A stretch of DNA of 64,000 nucleotides from Camelus dromedarius (GCF_036321535.1 NC_087445.1:46810001-46874000), one strand, 5' to 3'; counted from the stretch's first letter, positions 1 to 30,698 are shown. The notes: generated from the sequence alone by a model not told the origin. Numbers and translations: made by a program.

Positions 1-3000
1 CTAACATTTATTATCCACACTTATATTTATATATTGTTAATAAGAGATAGAAAATATTAATCATTTTATAAATTGAAATAAGCTAAGGATTGACTATAAT
101 GTTAAAAAAAATTCATGATGACTTGATAAAGTAGACTTTTAACTGTCTTATTGAATAAAAGCACACCAAAACCAAAATCAGTTACTTAATTTTTTATCCA
201 TGGGTTTTATTCAGTGTATCTCCATATTTTGGTGGCCTATAAAACTTTCCAGTTAGATTTTGTTTGTTTGTTTGAAGTCATGTTATTGAGGTATAATTTA
301 TATACAGTGAAATTCAACTTAAATGTGTACCCCAGTTACTTTTAAAAGGAAATATATCACAAACGTATTTTCCTTTGGCTATACCAATGTAGAGAATCCC
401 AGCATAGCTACTAACCACTCCATTTCCAATGCCAGGTTTACCCTTAACAGAAGTATGTATACGGTGAGAAAGGCAGGAAGTCCCATTAGTTTAAGGCACC
501 TTGATTAATCTTTCAATGTTTCCCTAGACCAATATCTTCATTTATAGATCCCTTTGTTACGGGCCCCAGTTTTACACTCTAGAACAATTCATCATAGTAA
601 GGTTTGGCAGGGGCAAGGGACATGACTTTCTTTTTTAAAGTAGGGGAAGGACTGTGTGAGCACAAGCGCATTCTTGGGCAGATCAGTTTTAGGAAAGAGT
701 ACATGTGGAAGACGAGGGTCTAGAAAGGGATTCCCCTGAAACCATCTGTACATACATGGCTCTTGGAAAATCCCCCTGTCCGAGGGCTGCTGCCCAGAGG
801 TTCAAGGCTCAGGAGCTCTGTCTGAGAGGTACGAAGGGCAGGGGACGTGGGTTTGTGGGCTCACCTCCGCTACTTCATCTGAAACAGCTGGGCTTCTTTT
901 CTGTTCCACTTTAAACTTTTGTTTGAAGGGAGCGTTTTGCTGCTAAAAATAACAATTTGAAAAACACAGCATCCATGGGGAACCATTTAAGAGGTTCAAG
1001 CAGGGAAGTGACACAATTAAGTTTTTGTTTCAAAAGATCACTCTGGCACCTAAACATATCATCGTGGAGGATGGATTTGAGGCAGGTGAGATTCGAGGCC
1101 CAGAGACTTGTCACAGAGGCTGTTGAAACAATCCGAAGGAAAATTTGTAAGAACTAGCAATTCTCGGCTCCATCCCAGAGCATCAGTATCCCCTTTAGAT
1201 GGAGCAGGGGCTTCATGGATTGCAAATCCCCATCCAGCTGCCTCTCAGTTTGCATTTCCTGGATGGCCCTGGAGGGCCTTTGCCTCTGTGACCCCTGCCT
1301 TAGGGAATTTTTGACTCTTTCCTCCTCACCTGTAGATCCTGTCTACCACCAAATCCTGTTGTTTCTTCCTTCAAATTATCTCATATTTGTTTCTCTCTCT
1401 CAGTTACTGTGCCACTGTCTTAGACCAGCCACTTAACATTTCATACTTAGATTTTTTCCAGGAGCCTCTTAACCTATCTCCTGCTTTCAATCTGTCTGCC
1501 AACCAATCCTACATTGCCACTGTAGCTACTCGTATTGTTTTCCATGACATATTGCAGCCATGCAAAGAGAGTACAGTTCTGTCAAATTTTGCTTCAGATT
1601 TCTCCTCCTCTTCCAGTCTTTGGCTTCTCTAGAAAATTCTAAGTAAAACAGAAGATTAAAATGGGGATTAATACATTTCCATTCTCTAGAAACTTGTTTA
1701 GATCTAGATCATTTTCCTTTGCTTCTTTTTATCTGAGATATTTGTAAATTGAGCAGGACCTAAAAAGTGAGGGAACACATGCCACTTTTTTTTCAGTGAG
1801 ATTTTGTGAAGTGAGTAGAATTTTAAATAGAGTGGAGAAGGAAATATAACCAAGGATATTATATCTGGGACTTCATGGTATCAGATGCTCCCAAAGGGTG
1901 GTAAGTTATTACTGGGAATGGTAGTAATGGTGAAGGGTGGGACTAGGAACATAGGGAAGCAGTATACCAACCTGAGAAAAGAGGCCAAGCGTAGACAAGC
2001 AGTGGAAACCACTGGGACTTTTCTGGATACTCACAGAGGTGCCAGTCCAGGCTTGGACGGAGCAAATGGGTGAAAAATGGGTTCACCTGGAGCTTGAATC
2101 ATTATGAAGATGAATATACATGGTTGCTTCTCTTGACAGTCCTTAAATTCCTTCTTAGGAATCACTGGTTCTCCATGAAGCATTTTCCATGAAAACTGAT
2201 ATTTATGACTCTCACAGTATGTATCAGTTCAACTCTTAGAATACATATCTAGATGGGTAAGTTAGAAGCTGGGATCTGATTTGAAAACATTTTAAAATTT
2301 AAAACTTCTTAACTTATAAATGAAAGCGATGCATGAATTTAAGGTAAAAACCTTGACCCTTTAAACAATAATAGTAGCTCTTTGAGGATGTTGAATATTA
2401 TGAGAAGTGGACTGGACCCAAGGTCTAGAACCGTACTGTGCACAGCTATGGAGGGTGAGGGAAATGGGGAGATGGAGAGTGGGCCACATGAACAATAATG
2501 GGGGTTTGACCTGTTTTCAGAATTTTCTGTCTTTCCCTCACTGGGGCTAAAAGAAATAATGTGGAATTTTAGTAAAGTCTTTCTCTGCCTTTAATACATT
2601 TCACTATGTTTCTCTTTTTATACTGCCTCCTTCTCTCCCTTTTTGAAATGCTGCATTTGAAATGTATCCCCTTTTGACTTTTTAGTCTTAGTTTCTGTGG
2701 CTGCTCTCTGCCCTTTGTTGGCAAGTTCTCTTGGACCTGTCTGTCTTGTGCATAGGAGACAATCACACATAAATGAAAGCCTTTTTTTCTGCAAAACAGT
2801 TTGGTCAAGCAGAGAGAAAACTGGAAAGTGTTTCATTTCTCTGGAATCTTAGAGGCCAGGAGGCATGGTCTGGTGTAGAGCAAACCTGAGGGTCCAGAAT
2901 TAGCTGTGAAATCAGGTGAGTTACAAGTTCAGGATTGAACTAGAAGTCTGCTTGGGGCATCAAGGCTTGACATGGAGAATGGCATGAGCCCGAACCCCAT

Positions 3001-4365
3001 GGTGACCTCAGAACTCAGCAAGGGTCTTGAGGCTCCTTTGGCCTGCACATGACTGAGGTCAGGATTTCTTTGCACTAAGGAACAGGGCAGCTTGGAAATT
3101 ACAGTAGTTTCTAGCAGCTAGCTAATTTGATGCTCCACGATTTAGTTCTGGATCAGATGTGAGGTGTTAGGGCTGGCTCTGTCCCAGAAGAAATTATAGA
3201 TGGTGTCAGCAAAGTAGTTGGAGGCATTAGTGACCCTACAGAGAGAAAGCTGGATCCTAGCTGGGTGCTGCTCAGGCCAGCAGGAACTTTAGGTTTCCCA
3301 GGCTTTGTATGAGTTGCAGTAGGGCCACCAAATACAGTCAAATCTTATTGTCCTTATCAGTGAGAACATAATTAGATAGTTGAAATATGTAGATTATCAA
3401 AGTTCTCATTTATCTAATATTTTCAGTGTCCCCCAAAATGAAAAAACAAAATAAAAACCTTTCATCGGATGTTAAGAAGAGACAGCATTAAGTGATTAAC
3501 TTTAATCCTTCATTTCCCTTTCCCACTTCCTAATGTTAGTGGCCAGTTGGAAGGAAGGGGGAAGGGGCAAGATGCTTGAAATGACATATCATGCATTTGA
3601 ACTTATCTAGGAGTCTGGGCAACAGTGGTGTTGATCCTCATCTGGGTCTGCAGGTTTTCCAAAGAGAATCATTTGGGTCTTTGATGGCCATTACCCTCTA
3701 AGCATGGCTTCACACAGTGAGTTAGATAAGTTAGCAGAGTATCTGCACAGAGCCCCACCTTAGAGACCAGGAAACCTGGATTCTACTCTCTGCGCTATTA
3801 AAAAACCATATAGGGTTGGAGGAGAGGGATGGGGGAGGAAGCTATGAGACTTCCCTTTCTGGGACTCAGTTTTCAATTATCTTTAGAAAAGAGGAGTGAA
3901 TAATATAAGATTCTGGGATTCTGGCAGAGATCATATCCTTTGGATTTGCTTCTTTCATTAAACTAATTGCTTGAAAAGTATTATTTGGTTGACTGGGTCT
4001 GAAGTTAGAGCCATGTCTTTTTCAGATTGTCCCATCACCCTTTTGACTGTTCTGTCCTTCCTTTCCTTGCTCAGATAGAATGAAATTTCTTTACATTAAC
4101 AGTGTCAGGAGCTGGAACTGGAGTTACATCTGTTTGTATTAAAGACAGCTGTCTTCAAGTTTCCATTTCTACTGGGCTGGGGGCAAGAGATTTTGTTGGG
4201 GACTTGAATTTGGCCCCAGGGATTCCAACTGTATGTTCCTCAAAGGTAAGTCTGTATCATTCAGCTTTTTGTATTCACCTCCATAGCTCGTGCAAGACAG
4301 CCAGTGCTCAATAAAGACGTACGTACCTAAGAATAAAATGGCATTGTCTTTAATTTCCCCCCAAA

Positions 4366-4380
4366 CCACTAGGTGTCGCC
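4366..4380 (+). promoter_or_regulatory. Candidate CTCF site
   Basis: CCACTAGGTGTCGCC, one mismatch to CCASYAGRKGGCRSY. Confidence 0.55.
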
Positions 4381-5219
4381 TTCATCTCAGAGAAACTAAG
4401 CCCCTCCTCTCCCTGCACACCCATCGCCTCCCTCTACTCAAGGAGCTCTCAGCTTCTCTGCACTGTGATTTCTGGAGAAGTGGCTTGAAGGGGGAGACAC
4501 ACTGTGGCTCTCGGCAGGGGGAGGAGTATGGGTTTATGTGTATCTCCTTTATGACAATTTGCGGAAAACTCCCCAAGGTCCTATCCAATCCCTCCCAGCA
4601 ACCATGATATCATCCCTCACAAACTGTTCCTCAGGATCAAATCAGCACTCCAGATAATGGGGTGCCTGGGGTCAGCCTTCTAGGTTGGAAGCTTGGGAGT
4701 GGGGTGGAACCAAGGGGAACACAGTGGGCTTCCACTGCTGGGGAATGTTCTGCTTAGTCAGTCCTGAGCTTTTATCAGGTGACAGACCCGGCTGTGCCAG
4801 GAGACAAAAGAGGGCAGAGGCAGTTACTGGGCCCCCGCCCTGGAGCAGATGGTGCAGTGGAAGCCCTGTAGGCTATGGTGGCCCCTGGGGGCGTAGGAGG
4901 GCAAAGGGGGAATGGGGATAGGAAGAGGGAGATTGGAGGGTTGAGCCCTAAGGAAGGAGATCTTGGACTTTTTAAGGACTCAGGGAAAATCGGTCACGGG
5001 AGCCCCTTGGTCCTGGAGGGGGCTGTCTTCCAGGGAGCAGGCAGATCTTACTGGTGAAGGAGGGAGGGTTTTCCGGCAATGAAAAGGGTGGTATGCTTTA
5101 CCTGGTGGAGAACTAGTGAGGATACCAAATATATGGGGATTCCTGACTGCTTCCTAGAGACCAGAGTGTCTGAGGGACTCAGAGGAGTTGAGAAAGTGAG
5201 GGGTGGGAAGAGAGGCCAT

Positions 5220-6000
5220 GGGTTCGTCGGAGGGTGCGAGATGGACGGTGGCCCAGGACCTTGGGGGAGCCTGGGGTAGGCCCTAAAGTGAGGGGATGCC
5301 CGGAACCTCGCCGGCCTGAGAGGCCCTTGCGCGGAGTCCCGAGTTGTCACCGGGTGGGTTTGAGACCTGGGAGGTCGCCCGGCGCCCGGGTGGGAGTGGG
5401 GGTGGGGGGAGCCAGCAGGCGCCGGAGGGTGGGGCCGGCAGAGCAGGGGGAGGGGCCGCGAGGGAGGGGGCGGGGAAGACGCGGGGCGGGGGTGGGGGCG
5501 GGGAAGACGCGGGGCGGGGGCGGGGGCGGGGGCGGGGGCGGGCGGCCTGCCCGGGGAGTCACTCTCGGCCGCCGCCGGCGCAGCGAGCGGAGACGGCCCG
5601 GCCGCGGCGACCTGACCTGGACGAGCGGCGCGCCCGGGGGCCCAGGCAGGGGGCGGGAGGAAGCGCCGGGCAGAGCCGGCCGCCCGGGCCCAGGAGAAGC
5701 GGAGCAGAGAGGAGCTGGGACACGGGTGGGGCCGCCGCAGCTCCGGATGGGACCAGCGCCCTGGGCCCGTTAGTCCAAGCAGGAGCTTCGGGAGAAGCCT
5801 TCACAGGGAGCTTTACCCCTGCCTTTCCCACCCCTCCGGCCCAGGCCTCGCTTCGCTCCCCGCCTGCCCATGGTCCCAGTCCTTCCGCGGCGCCGGCCCC
5901 CTCCCTCCTCATCCCCTGGGCCCTCCTTTTCGCAGCCCTCTGCCCTCCTAGCCCCTTCAGCTGTGAGGTACCCCCAGGCCTTCTCTTTGTACCGGCCTCC
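5220..6000 (+). promoter_or_regulatory. NPR2 CpG-island promoter with GC-box array, TSS probably ~5555
   Basis: CpG-dense, TATA-less; many GGGGCGGGG boxes at 5466-5545, followed by an AGTC/Inr-like GGGAGTCACTCT. Confidence 0.8.
5466..5545 (+). repeat. 28-bp tandem duplication plus (GGGGGC)n run, G-quadruplex-capable
   Basis: GGGGGCGGGGAAGACGCGGGGCGGGGG at 5466-5492 and 5494-5520, followed by GGGGGC repeats. Confidence 0.9.
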
Positions 6001-6051
6001 CCCCCCTGCACCTCCACCTCATCCCAGTCTCGGATTCCCTTTTCCTGCTGA

Positions 6052-22143
<16,092 letters not shown>

Positions 22144-22395
22144 ACCCCACTTCTTCCCAAGTCAGGCTGTCTCCTGCTGCTGGGACCTGGGTGGGCCATG
22201 GCCATCATCTCTCCACACAGCAGAAATGGACATTGTTACATGAGATGGAAACCAACATGCATAAAAACCCCATCTTCTATGGAAGTTGTTGCCCTTTGCA
22301 GTTCAGCCTTGTACATATACCTACCCCTCTCTGGCCTGGTCCCCTTCCTCCCTACCTCTGTAAATATCTGTATCTAAACCAGAATATTTTGGCCA

Positions 22396-22401
22396 AATAC
22401 A
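22396..22401 (+). terminator. Probable NPR2 variant poly(A) signal AATACA
   Basis: No AATAAA between 22144 and 22624; AATACA precedes an A-rich stretch. Confidence 0.45.
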
Positions 22402-22624
22402 AAACAAACAAATGAAAAAAGTCATGGTGACACAGTCTGGGTTAGGGGCAACTCCAAGGAAGGGTTATGGGGTATGGTCATGGTAGCTCACAGAATCACT
22501 GAAATCAGCAGGCTCAGGATGAGAGAATCCTTTTTATGTAAAGCTCCTTCACCAAGTACAGACAGAATTCACTTCCTCCCCACCTCTCCAGTACAGATAG
22601 AAAGAAATTCCACATGGACTTCCC

Positions 22625-24718
22625 TCAACCCTTAGGAGTAGTTCCACCCACTCCACTACATTGCCCTCTTCCCTGACAGGCAAGGGAAGATATTTCTCCC
22701 AATTGGTAGGAATAATTCTCAGGTTCATAGGGCAAAGGCTGCCCTAGAGACAAAGGCACTGGTGTTGAGAAGCTGCAGTTCTTCCGGAATGGCGTGTCCA
22801 GTGTCCTGATGTTACTGACACCCTGGAGGAGTGCCAGAATGAGGACGGATCCTGCTCTCCACCAAGCAGAACAGAACAGACTTTTCCTCTCCCCTTCCCC
22901 AACTCCCCACACCTAGTCACCCTCACACACCGGTAGCTGTGGTGCCCTCTGTATCCAGAAGGTTTCGGGCTGCTCCTTACGGTAGTCATGAGGCTGTGAG
23001 GGAGAGAGACTGAATAACTCTTGGCCTGAAGCTCCTTCTCTCAGCCTCTGGGCCGGCTGCTTTCCCACAGCCTGTCAGGGCCCAGCTATACAAGTGGGGT
23101 GGGATGCATTCTCACCTTTGTTGGGGCAGGAGGCCCTGCTTGCTCCAGCTCCTTCCTGTAGTCATGGTGTGTCACAGACTCGACCTCAGAGTCCTTCCTT
23201 GTGGGTTCCTGCTCTGCCTGCACCTCTTTACTACACAGTCCTAGGGGGCGTCAAGGCCATTCCCCCGCCAATTTTTGTCCTCCCCCTCCCTGTTCCCCTT
23301 CATCCAGCATCTCACCAGATCTGGTGGCGCAAGAGCATCTCCAGCATGGCTTCACGCTTCCCTGTGGGAGGTCAGGGAATGGACAGAGTTGAGGAGGCTG
23401 GTTAAGAAACAGGCCCAGAAGAAAATGAATTTGAGAAAAGGAAGGAAAATCGGGTTTTACCCTTAGATCCATTGGACAATCCATAGTCCCACCCAATAAT
23501 CCTCTCTCTCTTTTTCTCTAATGGAGTCATTCTGGCCCATTCTCTCATGTTTCATACCTCGAACTGGCTGATAGTGGTTTCCTAGAGGCTGGTATGAGTC
23601 TTTCTGGGTGGTGCTGGAGGACATGGGTGACTGTGGCTGCAAGGTCAGCAGTCCCTGGTGTCCATGTCGGAAAAAGAAACTCTCAGAGCCATCCTGCATG
23701 CTTGGGACTTGATCCAGGTGGTTGGTGGCTCTCTGTGGGCCCCAAGTCGAATTACCACAATAATCCTTCCTGGTACCCACCCTCATCAGCTGGGGACAGC
23801 CTTCAAGAAAAAGGAGCAGGTCAAAACCTTAATACCTCCTCCTCCCAGTTGTAGAGAAGGCACTGGCCCCGTGGCAGTGTTTCATTGAGAACTTTACTAG
23901 TCCCTTCAACCTCAGGGGGCTTCCATAGCCCTCGGGCACCAGGTTCTGAGACTTGCAAACATTTCCAGGGTTGCTTCCGAGGCTCCCGGTGGCTGTGGTA
24001 ACTCCAGGAGGCATAATTAGGGACCAGATGTGCCCTGGGGCTTCTGAAGCCTGGCGGAGCAGAGGAACTGAACCCAGGGGCATGACCATAGCCTGGACTA
24101 TGCCTAGAATCAGAGGCAGGACCAGGACCAGGGCCAGGGCCAGAGCCACTGCCAGGATCACAACTGGAGTCAGGACCGGGGCTAGAGCTGGAGCCAGGAA
24201 CAGGGCCAGAGCTGGAGCCAGGAACAGGGCCAGAGCTGGAGCCAGGAACAGGGCCATGGCTAGAGCGAAGGTCATTTGCAGCATAGGGATTCCAAGTAAC
24301 ATGGGAAACGTAGGCTGGCTCAAAGCCAAGCCTCCTATGGCCTGTCTTGTGGGTAAATCTGGATGCAGAGTGGCGCTCCCCAAGACTGTCAGAGGAGGGC
24401 TCCATGAGAAGGCTCCGACCGGAGTAGGGCGCTGAGGTCTGTGTAGATAATGCTTTGGCAGTAGAGGCGGCTGCACTGGCTGCACTGGCTGCCAGGGCCG
24501 ACCTATGACGGCCATCCAAAGCAGGAATGGGATCCGAAGTGGATCCTAGTTCTTCGGAGCAGGGCTGTACGTTTAAAGATCTGAAAAAAGCGAAAGCAGC
24601 AAAGTTGTAAAAGTGCAGCAAGGGAAGCCGGCTCACCTTTCTTGTCCCGTTATGCCTGCAGCCAGAGCTGCGGCTCTCACCGTGAACGCAATCGCTTGGT
24701 AGACTCACTGGTCTCCAT
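22625..24718 (-). CDS. SPAG8: Sperm-associated antigen 8 (axonemal microtubule inner protein), 7 exons, 459 aa
   Basis: Exons: 24681-24718 (METSESTKRLRSR), 23836-24580, 23558-23732, 23316-23361, 23116-23230, 22931-22993, 22625-22822 (TGA). Total 1380 nt, all GT-AG and in phase. Gly/Ser/Pro-rich repeat, then LPRGQCLLYNWEEERATNHLDQVPSMQDGSESFFFRHGH and GVSNIRTLDTPFRKNCSFSTPVP, matching SPAG8. Confidence 0.96.
24185..24256 (-). repeat. Perfect 3 x 24-bp coding tandem repeat in SPAG8 (GPVPGSSS)3
   Basis: GAGCTGGAGCCAGGAACAGGGCCA at 24185, 24209 and 24233. Confidence 0.97.
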
Positions 24719-24738
24719 CTTCAGACGCCAGCTACTGG

Positions 24739-24752
24739 GTTGCCATAGAGAC
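24739..24752. promoter_or_regulatory. RFX X-box just upstream of the SPAG8 ATG
   Basis: GTTGCCATAGAGAC (reverse complement GTCTCTATGGCAAC). ETS+GC box GGGGCGGAAGT at 24830-24840. Confidence 0.7.
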
Positions 24753-25536
24753 AGCAAATCATTCCAGGAGACTGCGCAGAACTAGAGCTGGGCGGATGCG
24801 GAGGGTGGGGGTGGAGGCAAGTGCGCTGCGGGGCGGAAGTCTTAAGCCTGGTGCGGTCTGGGAAGTTCGCTTTCTGTCCGTCCGTACTCGATTACGCCTC
24901 TGTCCGGCTTTTAAGATTCCGCTGGCCTAAGGCCTCGCCCTCCACACCTAAGCAGGACTTTTGGAGTCTTTCTAAGGTGGTTCTTTGTGTTGAAGACAGG
25001 TAAAGGGCTGTGGTATCAGACAAAAGCCTACTTGGTGTATTTGTGTAGGAGCAACAGTAGCTTCCCCTTAGTTCAGTCTCAAAAGTAGGGGCATCTTTTC
25101 AAAGAATTTAGGGGTGAAAATACATCAGACAACAGCTTAAAATCAAAATGGTGAGACACGGGGATTAGTTAACGGGTAGCAAATATTTTGGGTGTGATTA
25201 CTTCTCCAATAGAAAGCCCCTACATTGACCACCTTCCTTCCAGCCCTTTAGAACTTGGCCTGGCATCTGAATTGAGCAAGTCTCACTCCTGGGATTCAGT
25301 CTTTTCCTACTCATCCAGATTTGTTCCTACTGCTACTCTTCTTGAAGCCTGACCCAGGTGGACCACTAGTCATGAGCTCACAGATAAATAGGCAAATGCT
25401 ACTTTTACTATAAGATGGGCCTCCTTAGTGTCTCAGATCATAGTCAAGGAGGATCATAGTCTTCAACAAATTTTCTTTCCTATTTGTGGTATAAATATAT
25501 ATTTAAGACAGGGATCCAGAATTGAAGGAGAGCAAG

Positions 25537-25542
25537 TTTATT
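25537..25542 (-). terminator. HINT2 polyadenylation signal AATAAA
   Basis: TTTATT on +, 73 nt beyond the stop codon. Confidence 0.8.
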
Positions 25543-25615
25543 AGCATCACAGGGACCTTTTTCTCCCCACCCAATCCAAGCATCCAGGTCAAGGGTCCTT
25601 GATCATTTGGTAGGT

Positions 25616-27660
<2,045 letters not shown>

Positions 27661-29749
27661 CTTCCCCTCGGCCGCAGGACCCACCCACCTGAGCCAGCGC
27701 GCCGGCTCCTCGCGGAGCATTGGCTCCGCCCGCGGCCAGGAGCGAACCCTGCCACCCCATTGGGTCGCGCTCCTGGGCCCGGCACGCCGCGCTCAGCCCA
27801 GAGCCGGCCAAACCTACTCCACTGGCTCCACCGCCTCGGTAGAGGCGGGATCTTTTAATCTCATTGGCTTCTTATATCAACTAAAGGGCGCATTTTCCAT
27901 TCCATTGGCTTCGTCCTCTAGTCAGCGTGAAAGTTCCTTTTCCATTGGATCCCCTCCCTAGTTTCGCTATGAGATAGTTTCTCACTCCATTGGAAGGACT
28001 GAGAGACCTGGAGGTGGGATTTCCGTCTTATTGGCTCTCAACACAACGTCCGCCAGGCTTAGGTTGCGGCTCGTGGGTGGCAGGGCTTTTATCGTATTGG
28101 TTCCTCCTATTCTGGGCTGCCCCTACTGGTGGGCTGCGAGGAAGGGGGAGGCACTCCTTCACCTGCCGCACGGAGGCTCCGAGATTGTAGACCCTTTCAC
28201 CCCATTGGCCAGGAGGAGGGCGGGGTTCGGGATACGGCGTTTATTGGCTCCAAGAGGCACTGTTGCCCTCAGAGTCCCCAGGCGGCAGGAGTCCCTGAAG
28301 AAAGAGGCGGGTGGAGGACGCCAAGCGGGTGGGGCTGAAGGTGAATTGGGACGGGGTCATTTTTTAACTGGTGGGATAGATACCCAGCGTTTACCCTACA
28401 AGGACAGTTTCAGACCCTTGATCGTTTCAAAGCTATTAACTTACTTGTCTAATAAGCAGAAGAGTACGTATTCAATGTTCTTCCCCAATCAGAAATAATA
28501 TGTGATATGTTAGCTCTGTGCCTGGCATTTTCTGTAAGTAGGGCGGGTTTGAAGGACAAGGGAAATGCGTTATGACTACGTCAGAAGTATATTTCGTTCT
28601 GCTGGAATATATATTTTGACATCAGAAATATGGGGTCACAAAATGCTAATATGCTCACACCAGGTAAGTTTTAGTCTGAGTTTAACACAGGACAGAAGTC
28701 ACCACTGTACCTTTTTTTTTTTTTTTAGCACATGGCCTGACGTGTATATAGGTGCTCAATAATTACTTGTAGAATGAATAACATTTGGTGTTTTCATCTC
28801 CTTTTTCATAAAATATAAGGCAATGTATTGCATATTTTTATTCTCTCATCTACAATCAGTTTCCCATATTATTACATAGTCTGTGTAAATACGCTTTGAA
28901 ATAGCTGCATAATGCTTCCTTGACTGAATTTATCATAGTAACCACTCCTTTGTTGTTGATTATTAGTTGAATTGGTTTTAGTGAATGGTCATCATGGTGC
29001 TAATTGTATATAACCAGTAATGAGAAACTCTTCTTCTATAGATAGTAATGATCTCTTTTGAATAGCCATATTATTGTTAGAGAGTCTTTTCTCCTCCAAA
29101 GGGCAGACATTTGACCCTGTGATTTCCCCCAGGAGTTCTAGCAAAGTTGCATTCCTTTCCTTGGAAGGTTAGATGGCCTCTGTGCCCTGGAAGCTGCAGT
29201 TCTCTGTGGTGCCTCTGGGACAGTAGCATCCCTTAGAGCTGCTCTGGAGAAGGGCAAGAGATAAGAGGTTCCAGATAAGACAGGAATGAAACCAGCCAGG
29301 ACAGGTAGGTGAGTACAAAATCCTTTGAAACTGGTTATTTCTTTGGGTTCTCTTAGAAGCAGGTAGCACAGAGGTTATACTATTTTACAGATCCAGAAAC
29401 GGAGTGACTTGCCCAAGATCACAGAGGCCACTAGTGTCAGAATCTCCTATTCCCCATAAGAATCATCTATGGGCTTCCTAGTCACTCCCCTGCATTCACT
29501 GATGCTGGCTCCTGGCCCACTGTCTTCTCTCCTCCAGGCCCTTGTGATCACTTGCAGCTGCTCTCATTGGAAAGCAGCGCTTTGCAGGTTCTGGCCACTG
29601 TCTCCTATACTTCGATCCCTGCCACTACAGCTGCTACTGGATCTCATTAGAGACTTCTGTTCCTTTTTTCAATCTGTCAATTGTTTCCGGGCTTCACTTT
29701 CATTCCCTATCTGTATGGTCAGTGCCTTCCACATCCTCAAGCCTTCTTT

Positions 29750-30520
29750 TGCTGTATTTTGCTGATCATCCTCCCTGACACCCTTCCCATCACCACCCAT
29801 TAATCTAGTTTGCTTCCCTAATTAGGTTCCTGCTTCCAACTATATCTGAATCCTCAGTTACCCACTGGTGAGGTTTTTCTCCAGTTCCCCTCATTAGCCC
29901 TCCCAAACTTCACCTTTCTCTTCCTGTCTCCTACTCCCGACTCTTATTCTTCTCCTCCCCCACCATGAACTGACCTTGTCTCCTATTTCACAGGAGAACT
30001 TCCACAAAATCCTACTCCCTGCAGCTCAGGGAAGGCCCCATCCTTTCTTTCTTCCTTCTTCTTCGTCTTAGGAAGTGGTGTTTCTCCATCCAGAGTAAAT
30101 CCCTTCACCTCTGCCTTGACCTCATCCCCTCCATCTTTGAGATCTGGTTCCACCAGGCATCTCTCTTTCTCTCGTGCATCCTTCAAGGTCTTTACTGGCC
30201 CCTCCCTTTTCCCTTCCTAAAAAATGCTTCCTTGACTTCACATCCCCCTGTGGGTATTGTCTGACTTCTTCCCTGCTCTTTCCATCTAAGCTTCTTAAAG
30301 AAACTCCTTCACAGTCACTGCTATTTGCTTCCTGCCTCCACTGCACCACTGAAACTGCACTCTCTGAGGTCACCAAAGACCTAATTACAAAATCCAATGG
30401 ACACTTTTCAGTCTTTATCTTATTGGAGCCCCCACCTGCATCTAACATCACTGCTCACTCTATCCTTCTTGAAATCCTTTCCTTCTTTGGCTTCCTTGAA
30501 GCCACTCTCTCCTTCTGAAG
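29750..30520 (+). mobile_element. L2 LINE ORF2 (reverse transcriptase) relic
   Basis: Translation TETALSEVTKDLITKSNGHFSVFILLE...HSILLEILSFFGF matches the L2/CR1 RT pattern (ETAL.KV.NDL...S.G..SVLILLDLS.AFD..DH..LL). Confidence 0.8.
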
Positions 30521-30698
30521 CCAGAGCTAGCAGCTTGAATGTGGGTATGGTGGAGGCAGATGGCTGGATCCAACCTCTCTCCTGCGTGGTCCTCTCTCTT
30601 TCCCCCAGTAGGTGCTGACTCTAAGGTCCTAAGGTGTCTGTCCCTGGGCGGGCTCTATCTGCCTCATACAGAGCCAGTCAGATTCCAGTGGCTTCCCC

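Noticed and set aside
23829-24515. 228-aa and 160-aa shadow ORFs over SPAG8 exon 2
   Set aside because: Alternative-frame or antisense readings of the 24-bp repeat region.
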